From positions 24,552,001-24,616,000 of the forward strand of contig OZ024759.1 in the NCBI GenBank assembly GCA_964016885.1: a DNA stretch of 64,000 bases, written 5' to 3'. The position numbers and the translations under genes are program-made. Positions 14,751 to 29,249 of the stretch are shown in pieces. The notes beneath the pieces were generated by a model, which was given only the letters and a program-made list of their open reading frames with translations, made no database searches and was not told the origin of the DNA. This stretch comes from Eledone cirrhosa (taxonomy: Eukaryota). Position 1 is the stretch's first letter, and the number at the start of each line of letters is the position of its first letter.

Positions 14751-16345
14751 AATCGTTGAGTAAGGGAGGTAGAGGGATATTGTGTGTGTGAAAAAGAAAG
14801 GTGAGGGAGATAGTGTGATAATGTGTGTATGTGTGTGTGAGAGAGAGAGAGAGAGAGTGTGTGTGTGTGTGTGTGTAAGAGAGTGAGATAATGTGTGTGA
14901 GAGAGTGAGTTGGATCGTGTGTCTGTGTGAGTGAGTGAGATTGTGTGTGTGAGAGAGGGAGGGAAGGAAGGAGTGATAGAGTGAGAACGAGAGGGGTGAA
15001 GGAAGTAAAGGGGGTATGTGTGTGAGAAAGAAAGAAGGTGAGAGTGAGAGAGTGAAATAGTGTGTGAGACAGAGAGAGGGGGTGAGGGAGAGAGTGAAGG
15101 AGATGGGGAAACGAAAGGAAGAGAGTGTATAGGTGAGTAAGAAAGGGGTGAAGAGTGTGAGAAACAGAGAGAGTGAGAGAGTGAGAACGAGAGGGAGAGG
15201 GAAATTGGATGAGTATGAGAGGGAGGAAGGAAATAGAGGGATAGTAGGAGAAACAGAGAAGGTGAGTGAGGGAGTAAGATAGAAAGATAGAGAGTAAATG
15301 TGTGAATGAAACAAGAGGGAAGAAAATGGAGAGGTAGAGAGAGAGAAGAGGGTGAGTGTGTGTGTGAGAGAGAGAAGAGGGTGTGTGTGTGTGAGAGAGA
15401 GAGAGAGAAGAGGGTGTGTGTGTGTGAGAGAGAGAGAGAGAAGAGGGTGTGTGTGTGTGAGAGAGAGAGAGAGAAGAGGGTGAGTGTGTGTGTGAGAGAG
15501 AGAAGAGGGTGAGTGTGTGTGTGAGAGAGAGAGAGAGAAGAGGGTGTGTGTGTGTGTGTAAGAGAGAGAGAGGTGAGTGTGCATGTGTAAGAGAGAGAGG
15601 GGTGAGTGTGTGGAACAGAGAGAGAGAGAAAAGAGGGTGAGTGTGTGTGAGAGAGAGAGAGAAGTGGGTGAGTGTGTGTGAGAGAGAGAGAAGAGGGTGT
15701 GTGTGTGTGAGAGAGAGAGAGAAGAGGGTGTGGGAGAGAGAGAGAAGAGGGTGTGTGTGTGTGAGAGAGAGAGAGAAGAGGGTGTGAGAGAGAGAGAGAG
15801 AAGAGTGTGTGTGTGAGAGAGAGAAGAGGGTGTGTGTGTGTGTGTGAGAGAGAGAGAAGAGCGTGTGTGTGCGTGTGAGAGAGAGAGAAGAGGGTGTGTG
15901 TGTGTGAGAGAGAGAGAAGAGGGTGTGTGAGAGAGAGAGAGAAAAGAGGGTGAGTGTGTGTGTGATAGAGAGAGAAGAGGGTGTGTGTGTGTGAGAGAGA
16001 GAGAGAGAGAAAAAAGAGTGTGTGTGTGTGTGAGAGAGAGAGAAGAGGGTGTGTGTGAGAGAGAGAGAGAGAAAAGAGGGTGAGTGTGTGTGTGTAAGAG
16101 AGAGAGAGGGGTGAGTGTGTGTGTGTAAGAGAGAGAGGGGTGAGTGTGTGTGTGTAAGAGAGAGAGAGAAAAGAGGGTGAGTGTGTGTGTGTAAGAGAGA
16201 GAGGGGTGAGTGTGTGTGTGTAAGAGAGAGAGAGAAAAGAGGGTGAGTGTGTGTGTGTAAGAGAGAGAGGGGTGAGTGTGTGTGTAAGAGAGAGAGAAAT
16301 ATGTGAAGTGAGTGTGAGGTGAGGTGAAGTGAGTGAGTGAGTGAG
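14578..16345. repeat. compound (GT)n/(GA)n microsatellite-minisatellite array
   Basis: Repeated higher-order unit gaagagggt(gt)n(ga)n from ~15345 to 16295; source of the spurious 631-aa and 357-aa ORFs. Confidence 0.95.
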
Positions 16346-16806
16346 GGAGAAGGAGAGTGATAGGGAGATGGCGGTGATAGTGAAGGTTGTAAACACTGAG
16401 CTTTTCATTAACATCTCACTCTCTCTCTCTCTTTCTCTCTTTTTCTCTCTCATTCTCTCTCTCTCTCTCTCGCTCTCTCTCTCTTTCTCTATCTATGTCT
16501 ATCCATCTCTACGACGCGCCGCCGCACAGAGTACTTCCGGAAGTGATTGTTGTTGCCTCCTGTTGAAATACAAACATAGAGCCTGAACTTAACTAATTGC
16601 ATTACTAATAAGACAGATTGATGAGGAGTTATGTGTGCCTGTGTATGTATGTGCGCTTGTATGTATGTATACATGCTTGTATTCATAGACGTACGTATGC
16701 AAACCCATGTACACACACACACACACATATATATATGATTACTATATACACGCATGTGTATTTAATTACACACACGCATACCACACATACACACACGTAT
16801 ATATAT

Positions 16807-16879
<73 letters not shown>

Positions 16880-16962
16880 AATATATTGTATGTATGTATG
16901 TGTGTGTATGTGAAAATTAACTTTTTAAAATTCAGCTCGTCGCCATTTTCTAAACATACCGT

Positions 16963-17007
<45 letters not shown>

Positions 17008-17038
17008 TAAGGTAATGAATTCTTTTACATACATATTA

Positions 17039-17130
<92 letters not shown>

Positions 17131-17185
17131 CGAAGGAAATATGGTAAGGAACCAGGTGGACCATAACGCACCAAAGTACTCAATA

Positions 17186-17599
17186 TATAATAAAAGGACG
17201 ATTTGTTATGTCTTCATTACGTTTATTGAGTAGTGATGCTCGTTTTGCTATTGATCAACTCAAGGTTCGATCTGTATCGATCTAGCCCGACTGGAATCAA
17301 AAGCTCGTCGGACCGCTGTTGTCATACACAGCAGAGGTTTTACGAGCTTTTGATTCGAGAGTCGGGCTATATCGATACAGATCGAACCTTGAAGACGAGC
17401 TTTTGATTCCAGAGTCGGGCTACATCGATACAGATCGAACCTTGAGCTGATCAATAGCGAAACGCGCGTCACTACTCAATAAACGTAATGAAGACATAAC
17501 AAATTGTCCTTTTATTACTATATTCACACTCTGCTTAGTTCTACACCTCTTTACAGACGTGCTCACTCAAGTGAACCTAGAGTAACTGGACGTTACATT

Positions 17600-17602
<3 letters not shown>
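17186..17602 (+). mobile_element. TA-embedded hairpin+tail element, family E
   Basis: Inverted arms with an internal ~52-bp direct duplication; GAAAC-GCGC-GTC minimal hammerhead stem III at 17459-17470; tail runs to (TA)n; related piece at 37287-37398; fused at its left to a family A tail (17128-17185). Confidence 0.75.
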
Positions 17603-17672
<70 letters not shown>

Positions 17673-17676
<4 letters not shown>

Positions 17677-17887
17677 AACCAGTAAGACCCCGACAGCTGA
17701 GCTCAAGCCGTTTCGACGGCTAATTCTGGACTAATTCTGGACTAATGAGTCCAGAATTAGCCGTCGAAACGGCTTGAGCTCAGCTGTCGGGGTCTTACTG
17801 GTTCCTATTACCCACTCTACTACCTCAAGTATTGAGTACTTTGGTGCGTTATGGTCCACCTGGTTCCTTACCACATTTCCTTCGTTA
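17673..17887 (+). mobile_element. family A hairpin+tail element
   Basis: Near-identical to 5597-5804 with a different fold-back centre (ctaatgag). Confidence 0.85.
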
Positions 17888-18133
17888 TATATATATATAT
17901 ATACGGGTAAATTTTCAATCACAAATTTTCAATCACATATATTTTTATTTGTTTGACCCGAATTACTTGGTCGTTTCTTTGGCAGTGCGGATGTTTGTAT
18001 AACCATCGTCTCAGTGTGTTTGGCCTTTAACGTATGTTGTAGCTCTGGTTCATCTGAATCATTGAGCGCTTGCCACACATCTCGGAAGTTGTTTTTCGTT
18101 AATTCCTACGTTAATTCCTCGCTAATTTATATT

Positions 18134-18198
<65 letters not shown>

Positions 18199-18202
<4 letters not shown>

Positions 18203-18353
18203 TTCTGCCGCGGTTAACTTTGCCTTTCATCCTTACGTAGTCAATAAATAAAGCACCAGTAATGCACTGGGGTCGATTTAATCGATCTTCCATTCCCCAA
18301 AAATTGCTGGCCTTGTGCCAAAAGTAGAAACAATTATTATTATTATTATTATT
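18199..18353 (+). mobile_element. 5'-truncated tRNA-derived SINE
   Basis: ggttaactttgcctttcatcctt...ggccttgtgccaaaagtagaaac(aat)n. Confidence 0.85.
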
Positions 18354-18447
18354 AGAGAACTTCCGTGGTAAAAGATTGAATGTAATCAAAAACTCATAAA
18401 GACTCCATTTTTATGTAGTGTATATTCGAGCGCACGCACACTACTCT

Positions 18448-18569
<122 letters not shown>

Positions 18570-19171
18570 AAGTGTGTATATATTTACATATATATATATA
18601 TATATATATATATAACGACCACTCTGCAGTTCCCATACACCTCCCCCTACCTTATCTTTCGATGTCTACAGATAAACGGTGTAGATAAACATGGTAACAC
18701 AAGATGGTAAGATGGTTTAGATGTGGGGATGGGGGGGAGGAGAGGAGGTAGTGTTGAGACATGGAATAGCGGCGCGGCGGGTCGGTTGGGTTGAGTGTAA
18801 TGTAGTGTAGTGTAGTGTTGTAGTGTAGTGCGGCGTGGTGTGGTGTGGTGTGGTGTCGTGTTGTGTTGTGTTTATGTGGAGGAGTGCATGATAGCGTAAA
18901 GATGGTTAGGAACGTGATAATTCTTCAATATATCCAGTAGGAGGATGTGAGTAAGTCAATGAAATAACCAAACCCCAGCAAATATGAAGAAATCAGCCAA
19001 ACAAATCGTAAAAAAAAAAAAAATAATACAATAAATATACAAAAAACAAAAACACACTCGTTTCAATTACGTTTTTAATCTCCAGTCAAATTTTCCGGCA
19101 ACGCTTTTTACTGATAGTTAATAGCTTAAATGCCGGATTATATTTCAAGTAATAAATAAATAAATAGGAAC

Positions 19172-19338
19172 AGGCGTGGCTGTGTGGTTAGGGAGTTCGC
19201 TTGGCATCTACGTGTTTTCTGTGTTCGATTCCGCATCGCGGTAGCTTTGGCTGTGTTTTACTATAATACAGCCTCCGGTTGACCAATGGGTTTTTTTCGT
19301 GGTATATGGCACATGGGGACGGTAGATATCCGTCGTAT
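19172..19338 (+). mobile_element. old tRNA-derived SINE head (different family)
   Basis: ggcgtggctgtgtggttag A box, gttcgattcc B box, ctactata..gcctccggttgaccaa body. Confidence 0.55.
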
Positions 19339-19515
19339 CTCGCACATATACGCACACGTATTTTTATATGTGTATATGTATATTCTTTGCAATCTACAGC
19401 TGATGACGTCGCCAAAGTCTTACGTTATGATCTGATGATGTAAGCGGGCCATAGAAATACGTATTGTGGTTTTTACAATATTAAAAGAATATTTGGAAGA
19501 CATATACTTGCGAGA

Positions 19516-19559
<44 letters not shown>

Positions 19560-19999
19560 AGAGATAGTGAGATAGTGTATTCTAACACACACATACACAC
19601 TCATGCATTCAAATATCCACACATTCACACATACAAATACTCATACAGTCATACAGCCGTTACAGCCTTTACAATCTTACAGTCAGACAGTCTTACCGTC
19701 TTACAGATTTACAGTGTTACATAGCCATAGTCATATAAATATAAGATTTATGATGTGTAGAGTCGACAAACATTCCGGCCCAACACTACACAGGAAATAA
19801 GCTTAATTTACACAGGTATTTCACTAGGTATTACAAACTCATAAAAATATTAATGCCCGTTTCTCTCATTCTCTGATTCTATCTTCTTACATATGTCGAC
19901 CAGCGCCGGCCCAATATATCAGCTTTCACTCGAGTTAAATAATTTCTACAGTGGCAATTATGAAGACATGTTTTGAGTGTGTGTATGTGTGTGTGTGTT

Positions 20000-20030
<31 letters not shown>

Positions 20031-20507
20031 CTGTATGTGTGTGGTATGGGGAGTAGGTTATTCTTATTATTTCTTTTCTCATTTTAATCTTTATGCCGCC
20101 ACCAACGGTGATACGACTGTGTCTCTACAACGTTCACCACCACCAGTACCAGCACCACTACCACCACCATCGTGATCACCAGCACCAGCATCTACACGAA
20201 CAACAACAACAACAACAACATCAGTACCATCAAATACATCATCACCAAAGAATGTCACCACTGTCACCGCCACTATCACCACTACCACCAGCAACACCGT
20301 TACCACCACCACCTACACCATCAGAGAATGCCACCGATGTCACCACCACCACCACCACCACCACCACTACCATCATCATAAGTTCTATATCGAAGGGGTT
20401 AGGACGGTGGGTTTTAATTTGAGGAGGATTTAGCTACTATATCTAGAAGGCCATGCACCACGTAAAATCAGCGATCACCAATAATTTAGACAAATATATC
20501 CACTTCA

Positions 20508-20918
20508 TGGATTAGCAGTATCGGTAGAGGGTCGGACGCCATGCTTTCAAGCATAGTTACGTCCCTTTACGATCTGAGTTCAAATCCCGCCGAGGTTGAC
20601 TTTGCCTTTCATCCTTACGGGGTCGATAAAATAAAGTACCAGTAATGCACTGGGTAATTGCTGGCCTTGTGCCTAAAGTAGAAACAAGTATTTATTTTTT
20701 CAAGTCTGACATGTGTTTCGTTGACCTCTTTCTGTCGAATAGTATCGGTAGGGGGTCGGACGCCACACTTTGACGCATAGAGTTACGGCCCTTGCCATTC
20801 TGAGTTCAAATCCCGCCGAGGTTAACTTTGCCTTTCATCCTTATGAGGTCGATAAAATAAAGTACCAGTAATACACTGAGTAATTGCTGGCCTTGTGCCA
20901 AAAAGTAGAAACAATTAT
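20508..20918 (+). mobile_element. two tandem tRNA-derived SINE copies (20508-20693, 20741-20918)
   Basis: Both match the young SINE consensus. Confidence 0.9.
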
Positions 20919-21030
20919 GAGATATGATCACACACACACACACGCACACACACACGCACACACACACACATTCACACACATATATTTATATTTGTGATGT
21001 ATATAAAGGTCTATGAGATATAGATATAGT

Positions 21031-21061
<31 letters not shown>

Positions 21062-21568
21062 ATGATTTCTCTGGAATGAAATAGTTCTAGTCCTGTAGAA
21101 GGCATTTCTATATTATATAAATGTGTGTCTGTGTGTATGTATGTATATATAAATATATATATATATATATATACACAGGGTGGCCCCAAAAAATGTTTAT
21201 ACAAAGTCTGTGCATTCGAATAAATATTGCTTGTACATATTGCTTGTATATATATATATATATATAGTATATATATATATATATAGTATATATATATATA
21301 TATATATATATACTATACATACATAGATACATGTGTGAGTGAGTGTCATGTCGACATAACCCCAACCTAAAATAGCAGTAGGAAGCCGGAATATCTTCCC
21401 TGCTAGATATACAGGTAAACCTTGATTACCTCAGCAGCCATAGTTAATTCCACCATCTCACTCCAGATAGAGCTTTGGCTTTAAGTCTTACCTATGCATC
21501 TTGTTACAGCGTCGCGCACACAAACACATACACATACACACACAACACAAAGATACACTCACACACAC

Positions 21569-21619
<51 letters not shown>

Positions 21620-21755
21620 GATGTGAGAGAAACCACAGACTCTCCATCTCAACTCTACTTTTGAAAAGCAGAAGAACTGCGAAACCGGTAAAGGAACCAA
21701 ATAAATATATATAATTTTTTTTAAATAAGACTCCAGTCGCATTTTCGATTTCATC

Positions 21756-21762
<7 letters not shown>
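21620..21762 (+). mobile_element. family F element fragment with variant hammerhead core
   Basis: tTGAAAA-GCAg..cTGC-GAAA-CCGG-TA, then ggaaccaaataaa...aataagactccag..gcattttcgatttcatc shared with 56687-57296. Confidence 0.65.
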
Positions 21763-21795
<33 letters not shown>

Positions 21796-21798
<3 letters not shown>

Positions 21799-21985
21799 CG
21801 AAGGAAATGTGGTAAGGAACCAGATGGACCATAACGCACCAAAGTACTCAATACTTGGGGTAGTAGAGTGGGTAATAGGAACGAGTAGGACCCCGACGGC
21901 TGAGCTCAAGCCGTTTCGACGGCTAATTCAGTCCAGAATTAGCCGTCTAAACGGCTTGAGCTCAGCCGTCGGGGTCCTACTCGTT

Positions 21986-21989
<4 letters not shown>
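21796..21989 (-). mobile_element. family A hairpin+tail element
   Basis: Reverse-orientation copy with (TA)n on both sides. Confidence 0.85.
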
Positions 21990-22047
<58 letters not shown>

Positions 22048-22461
22048 GGCCACCGCGAAGAGGCCACTTTCGGTTATTTGTCGGAGATTTCTTCATAAGA
22101 GCCTTTCTTCTTATAGCTTGGTCTAATTGATTTTTTATATGGTTAATTATGCTAATTGGGAGAGGAAATGGTATATATTTTATCTAATAATTCTAAGGAC
22201 ATGATTTATGATATATATATATATATATATGTATAGTATATTTGGCAATATACCGTATGTTTAATTAAAACCATTTTCAAGACCTTGCGCTATCATTTTT
22301 AAAGTAGTGACTATGTTACTTACTTCTTTTTTCGGCAAAGGAAGGGAGAGAAGCTGACAGATTCTGTTTCACACTGTTGGTGTTCCTCAGAGTAACGTAC
22401 TCCCATATATATATATATATAATACAAGAAGGTATATATATATACAGATATATATACACAC

Positions 22462-22508
<47 letters not shown>

Positions 22509-23193
22509 TATATATATGTACAAATATATATATATATATATATACCTTCTTGTATTATTATCTCCTAGACTTAATGATTAATTGATTAATTTAATTAGAC
22601 AATTCTATTGATTGGTTAATTATTTATGTTTGTTTAATAACATGTAGTCAAGAGCTTTTATTCGGTTTGTTCAAATTTAAAATCTGACAGTCAAAACCGG
22701 GGGTTACCTCCCTTCGGAGAAACCACGTGACTACTAGCAGTGTTTACTACTAGTTCTTGCAACCGGCGGAAGCAGAACGAAAACTTGTTGACGAAGTAAA
22801 TACCACTGTTCTATCTTCCAAAGACCAATTAACCTGCAGGCCCCTGCAAATGGATTTTGTTGATTTCGGATTTACAGAAACCTAGTGGAGATGTTATATA
22901 ATATTATGTAATATGTCCACCATGGTCCAGGTAACTGTCAAACACTTCCCTGAGTCGGTTTTTTTCGTTGTTCTGGTCCTAGCGGCTCGCATTTCGGTTG
23001 CTGGCTTCAATTTGCAGAGGTGTCTAAACGTAGTGTTATAACTCTAAGGTAAAATTCCTTATTGAGTGCTTTTGGCTGCACTTCCCGACAGCATTCGTTA
23101 GCTTGCCCGCAACCAGAGCTTCGATTATGCTGTACTTCCTTCTGTATATATATATCTGTATATATATACAGATATATATATACATATATATAT

Positions 23194-23394
23194 TTTTTTA
23201 TTTTATAGAAGGAGCTTCTACAGGACTAGTACTGTTTCATTCAGATGAAATCTTCAGGAAGCTGAAGATTTCATCTGAATGAAACAGTACTAGTCCTGTA
23301 GAAGCTCCTTCTATAAAATAAAAAAAATTTACTCTGCCATGTATTGAGTACCTTACTTACTGTGGTTATCCCCGACTCAACCCGGGACCTACGT

Positions 23395-23395
<1 letters not shown>
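23194..23395 (+). mobile_element. family B hairpin+tail element with hammerhead cores
   Basis: Inverted copy of 10272-10478; CTGAAGA..GAAACAG..CTGTA on both strands; degenerate relative at 21059-21114. Confidence 0.85.
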
Positions 23396-23474
<79 letters not shown>

Positions 23475-24616
23475 TTAATACATTAACAGAGAAAGCCTTA
23501 AGCGATACGTATACGTATATACATTATTTTTATATGTATAAATGTACCTTGACTTATATTCCACGCGCCGTTTCATTGAAGCTATTCATTTGATTAGGCG
23601 GCAAATTGGCAGGGTCGTTAGAACGTCGGATAGAATGCTTTGCGGTTTTCGTCTTTCTGCTCTTTCAAATCCTACAAAGCTCAAATTTGCCTTTTCAACC
23701 TTTCATTCTTTCGATAAAATGAATTCCCAGTCCGATACTATATCTCTTTCTCACTTCCTCTCTATTAGTGTCTGTCTCCTACCCTGGGACAAATATGCTG
23801 TCTTAAGTTTTGGAGAGTCGTCTCCTAATACGACTCAGGATTTTAACTCCATATATATATACCTTTAAATTAGAACCTTCCCGTATTTTATTCCAGCTCG
23901 CCTCTCTCTACATCTCTTTTTCTGGAAGAAAGCATCTGTGTTCAGACCAGGGGTTTAATTAGTACCCAAGAGATGCTTATGTTAAGAGGGTGCTCTACAA
24001 CTGAAAGAAGAGTTGCGGTTCCATACATATATTAGCTTTGGCTTTATTATATAGAAACTACGTAATATGACATCTGCAGCTACATAACGTCCGTCTTCCC
24101 CATTAGGGGCTATTGCAGCCCGTTTACGTAAGCCGAGTTTGGGAGATGGATAGTCCCCGTTTGATTTGACCAATTTGGGAGCTGAGTACGGTTTAGTTTG
24201 GCAGTTATGGGTATAGGTTTAGGGTTCTTGCTGAGGGTAAGTAGACTGATTGGGACAATAATAGATATATCTGAATAGTTATTCGGCTCTACATTTTTCT
24301 ATTGAGATCTTTATGGTTCAAATCTATTTACCTACTCTCATCCGCGCTGTATCGGTAGAATTGTTAGCCTCTGATATGATGCCTAGCGGTGTTTCTATCG
24401 AGTCGTTGCTTTCTGAGCTCCCCTACGACATTACTGGTCCCAAAGTGTATCGGGTTTTGTCGTTCGCTAGGACAACATCGGTTGTGTGGAGAGAAGCGAC
24501 TGCTGGTTTGTCTCGGTCTGCGCCCTAGTAAGTAACTTTCCAGTGCATATCCATCTTTCACGAGACATACAGAACCCCGCTTCTACCCCCCCCCTCTCTG
24601 TATCACACACACACTG

Positions 24617-24666
<50 letters not shown>

Positions 24667-24715
24667 TAAAGAACGAGGAATCAGTATATATGTATGTATA
24701 CATGTATATATATAT

Positions 24716-24905
24716 ACAAAGGAATTGTGGTCAGGAACCAGATGGACCATAACGCACCAGAGTACTCAATACTTAGGGTAGTAGAGTGGGAAATAGGAAA
24801 AAGTATGAGTCCGACGGCAGAGCTCAAGTCGTTTCGACGGCTATTTCTAGTCCAGAAGTAGCCGTCGAAACGGCCTGAGCTCTACCGTCGGAGTCATATA
24901 TTTTC

Positions 24906-24907
<2 letters not shown>
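24716..24907 (-). mobile_element. family A hairpin+tail element (diverged subfamily)
   Basis: Shares the diagnostic gaaataggaaaa-gtatgag variant with 28167-28325. Confidence 0.8.
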
Positions 24908-24951
<44 letters not shown>

Positions 24952-25118
24952 ATATATATGTATATGTATATATATATGTATATCTGTATATATGTATGTA
25001 TTTATGTATGTATATATGTATATATATATGTATATATGTATATATGTATGCACATATATATGTATATATGTATGCAAATATATATGTATATATGTATGTA
25101 TGTATATATGTATATATG

Positions 25119-25191
<73 letters not shown>

Positions 25192-25261
25192 ATACATATC
25201 TACATACATATATATTTGCATACATATATACATATATGTATATATGTATGTAGATATGTAT

Positions 25262-25314
<53 letters not shown>

Positions 25315-25743
25315 CAAATATATATGTATGCAGATATGTATACAAATATATATATATATATATATATGACAAAGAGGTTCCTAGCTATATGAGAGAAACA
25401 GATAGCTAGATAGAAATGCTACTTGTGATTCAACGCTGTCTTAATAGCACTGTATATATAGGCTCGCCCAACAGAAATTCTTCTAATCTCTGTCGAATTG
25501 GTATGTGATAGTTGCCTGAACATTTGCTTCTGTCAAAGCTGCTAATCCATCAAATTGAAAATACTTCCCCAAATAAAAAAAGACAAGATATATATATATA
25601 TTCCTTCATGTTTTTGTTTTGTTGTTGTTTTGTTTTGTTTTGTTTTTCATATCACGTGTTCATTTTAACGTAGCAGCCACCACATCAAAGCATGTTTCTG
25701 ATTGATTTTATCACAACCCACGCCACACGCTCGCCCTACAAAG

Positions 25744-25775
<32 letters not shown>

Positions 25776-25825
25776 TGTATGTATGTATGTATGTATGTAT
25801 GTATGTATATGTTATCTCTTTCTCT

Positions 25826-26480
25826 TAATTTCGAGTATATTTTTTTGACCGGCCACCTTCCTGGTGGCAAGGTTGTATGTATGTATGGTGCTACTGGTAA
25901 CATGTATCCCAGTACAACCTGTCCCATGGTCGGGTCGTTGGCGACTAAACTGGCAACCCCACCAAGGTTTCTTGGTGAGGAGGGTGACTTTGGACATCCT
26001 GCAGGACTAAAAACAAAACCTGTCAAAGGGCAAAGGAGCTCTTAAGAGTCAATGGCCATCCAAAATCACCGGGAGAGATGACCCCTTAGCCTTTGTCAAG
26101 GCAGAATTCTAGGAGAAGGAAAACTCTGATATAACACCTGCAACCCTGATGGTATCCAATGATGTTGACTTGTTCTTCTTTTTGGTAAATATCATCTTGG
26201 TTAAGAGAGTGGGACTGGCTTTGTGCAGTGCCTTTGCTCACTATAAAAGCTTCACGGCACAGGCATTGCTTTATATCTGGAGATCTCTCTGCACTTGTCG
26301 TCACATGGTACCATGGGCCCAGCACTATGTGTCAGTAATTGTCACAAGTGTAGTGTTTGTACCAGAGTTTTCAAGTCGCTGGCTGGACTAAAAAGTCACA
26401 CTCGTTCAGCGCATCGGTAGGGGTTCTCCTACATGGATATAAAGTAGTGGCCGTACTCGAAAACGAGTTGGCAGCCACCA
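25826..26480. mobile_element. unclassified repeat-like insert between (TATG)n tracts, possibly a non-LTR element 5' UTR
   Basis: GC-richer block bounded by (tatg)n on both sides; ggagaaggaaaactctga-type motif recalls RTE-like 5' UTRs; no ORF support. Confidence 0.3.
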
Positions 26481-26628
26481 TGTATGTATGTATGTATGTA
26501 TGTATGTATGTATGTGTATATATGTGGGTATATATATATGTGTGTATATATGTGTGTATATATGTGTGTATATATATATATGTGTATATATGTGTGTATA
26601 TATGTGTGTGTATATATATATATATATA

Positions 26629-26819
26629 TAGGAACAAGTAAGACCCCGACGGCTGAGCTCAAGCCGTTTCGACGGCTAATTCAGTACAGAATTAGCCGTC
26701 GAAACGGCTTGAGCTCAGCCGTCGGGGTCTTACTTGTTCCTATTACCCACTCTACTACCCTAAGTATTGAGTACTTTGGTGCGTTATGGTCCACCTGGTT
26801 CCTTACCACATTTCCTTCG

Positions 26820-26822
<3 letters not shown>
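26629..26822 (+). mobile_element. family A hairpin+tail element
   Basis: Near-identical to 5597-5804; fold-back centre aattcagtacagaatt. Confidence 0.85.
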
Positions 26823-26895
<73 letters not shown>

Positions 26896-28166
26896 ATGAA
26901 AGGTATAGAAAATATTGTAGCAAAAAGTCAACAGTATTCCATAATATATATATATATATATATTTGTCTCTTGTCTCTCGCCCATGAAATCCACACAGCT
27001 AAGCTGATCGGAATCCATGTGCTTGTTTCTTCCTATCTTTGCGCTGCTATTCTTCTATGTTTGTTTACTTGTTTCGCTCGTTTTACGTGATTTACTTGTC
27101 CCAATGAGGCATTTTTTTCATGGTACTCTCCGTTTAGGTTTTTAGAGGTTGGCAGGTCTGACATTACAAAACAGATGTGCATCGTTGTTGGACTAGGAGT
27201 GTTCCTATTGTTATATATTGATCATCTGAACTGACTGATCGTGAAATTAACGTGCACATGACTGAGCTTTCCACAGGCACGTGTACCTTTAACGTAATTC
27301 CAAAGGAGTTTCGGCGTGAAACAGTGTGTGACAAGACTGGTGCTGTGAATTAAAGGTTAAATTCGTTTTTTTTTTTTTTTCGTTTTTTTCCAAGCTAGGT
27401 TGACCTGATGACCAATGCGAAATATAGTCTTTTACTTAAATACTATCCTAGATTCTAAAACCTTACCTGAATACCCTAACCTCTAAGCCACGTACCTTCA
27501 CATGATATGCTTATATTACATGTATTTCTGACCATACCTCTTCGTCTGTTTCGTTTCGTTTCTTTCACCAAAATCTCATAACACCAAACACATACGATTA
27601 TATGAAGACTTTAGATTGCGTTTTTTAGCACAAGAAACTTTACTGAAAAGCTGAAAGACGCAAAGAAATAGAGTTAGAGGGAATCGAAACTATAACTCTA
27701 AAACCGTTAGCCGAACACACTAACCACTGTTCCACGCGCCTCCACAGTCGGGATTGAATATTAAGTGTCCGTATACTGATTTACAGAACCCAGAGCAGCA
27801 ACAACAACAACACCAGCATCAACAACAACAAAAAAAAGGGAGTAGAACTATCAGCTTTAGCTTAAGATACAAGAAATTAGGAGTGATACTGTTCATCAGC
27901 ATTACAGTTACACGATATATAATTCCGTGAGAACTACAGAGAACTTTCCCGTTTATGAAGGCGATGGCGGAGTAGAGTGTGTAGGAAGGGAGGAAAGATA
28001 AGAGGGGGGAACGAATAATTTTTTTACATACAATTTACACACATTCTACTCATCATCAAATGTTGCTGTTAACATAGAGATATTAAGTCACCTTCATACA
28101 CACTCGCATACACATATATTTCTACACATACACCCACACACGCATATATATGTATATATATATATA

Positions 28167-28441
28167 TAACGAAGGAGTTGTGGTAAGGAACCAGGTGGAC
28201 CATAACACACCAGAGGACACGATACTTAGGGTAGTAGAGTGGGAAATAGGAAAATGTATGAGCCCAACGGCAGAGCTCAAGCCGTTTCGACGGCTATTTC
28301 TGGACTGAGAAATAGCCGTCGAAATGGGAACACACAGAAAAACAAGATGGCGTAGGATAGAACAAAGAAGAGGCACAAAACAAAGAAAAGAATCCCCAGT
28401 CACTGAAGAGGTCACATAATGTGTGACGAAAGAACTTTGAC
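28167..28441. mobile_element. family A element (minus, 28167-28325) fused to a different hammerhead-bearing segment
   Basis: gtca-CTGAAGA-ggtcac..gtgac-GAAA-gaac-TT-tgac at 28399-28441 on the plus strand. Confidence 0.7.
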
Positions 28442-28575
28442 ATACATACACATATATATATATATACATACACACATATATATATACATATATACATATA
28501 TACATATATACATATATATATATATACACATACATATATATATATATATACAGATAAACATACACACACATATAT

Positions 28576-28665
<90 letters not shown>

Positions 28666-28782
28666 GTGGGTGTAGTGGGGTGTCTGCGATATTGCATGTT
28701 TATACACGGATGGTTTCTCGAAGATATCGCCTTCATTCAACGATGGATATACAATCAGAAAAACTGTAGGGGGCCCTTCATG

Positions 28783-28865
<83 letters not shown>

Positions 28866-29053
28866 ACCCTCTCTATCCCTATTATATATCATATCATATA
28901 TATATATGTGTGTGTATACGAGAGAGGGAGAGAGATCCGTGTATTTATCTTCCTGTAACTAGTTGATAATAATTGATATCATGTTAACAATATTTAACTG
29001 GTCTGGCATACTTTACGTACGTACGTACGTACAGACATAAACAAATTCGCCCC

Positions 29054-29111
<58 letters not shown>

Positions 29112-29218
29112 GATACATATATATAATCATATATATATATAATGTATATATATCTATTACATGTGTATATATGTAATAGATATATATATGTATAATTATA
29201 TATATGTATATATATACA

Positions 29219-29249
<31 letters not shown>

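Noticed and set aside
14558-16453. 631-aa ORF
   Set aside because: Entirely within the (GA)/(GT) compound repeat
20508-20600. Possible tRNA genes (A/B boxes), also at 51838-51905 and 54575-54640
   Set aside because: No complete cloverleaf; they continue into SINE bodies
21176-21205. Tc1-like terminus cagggtggccccaaaaaa, also at ~60468
   Set aside because: No partner TIR found, so no element can be delimited
23870-24600. Complex GC-richer block with short ORFs
   Set aside because: Probably a decayed TE interior, but no motif can be recognised in any frame
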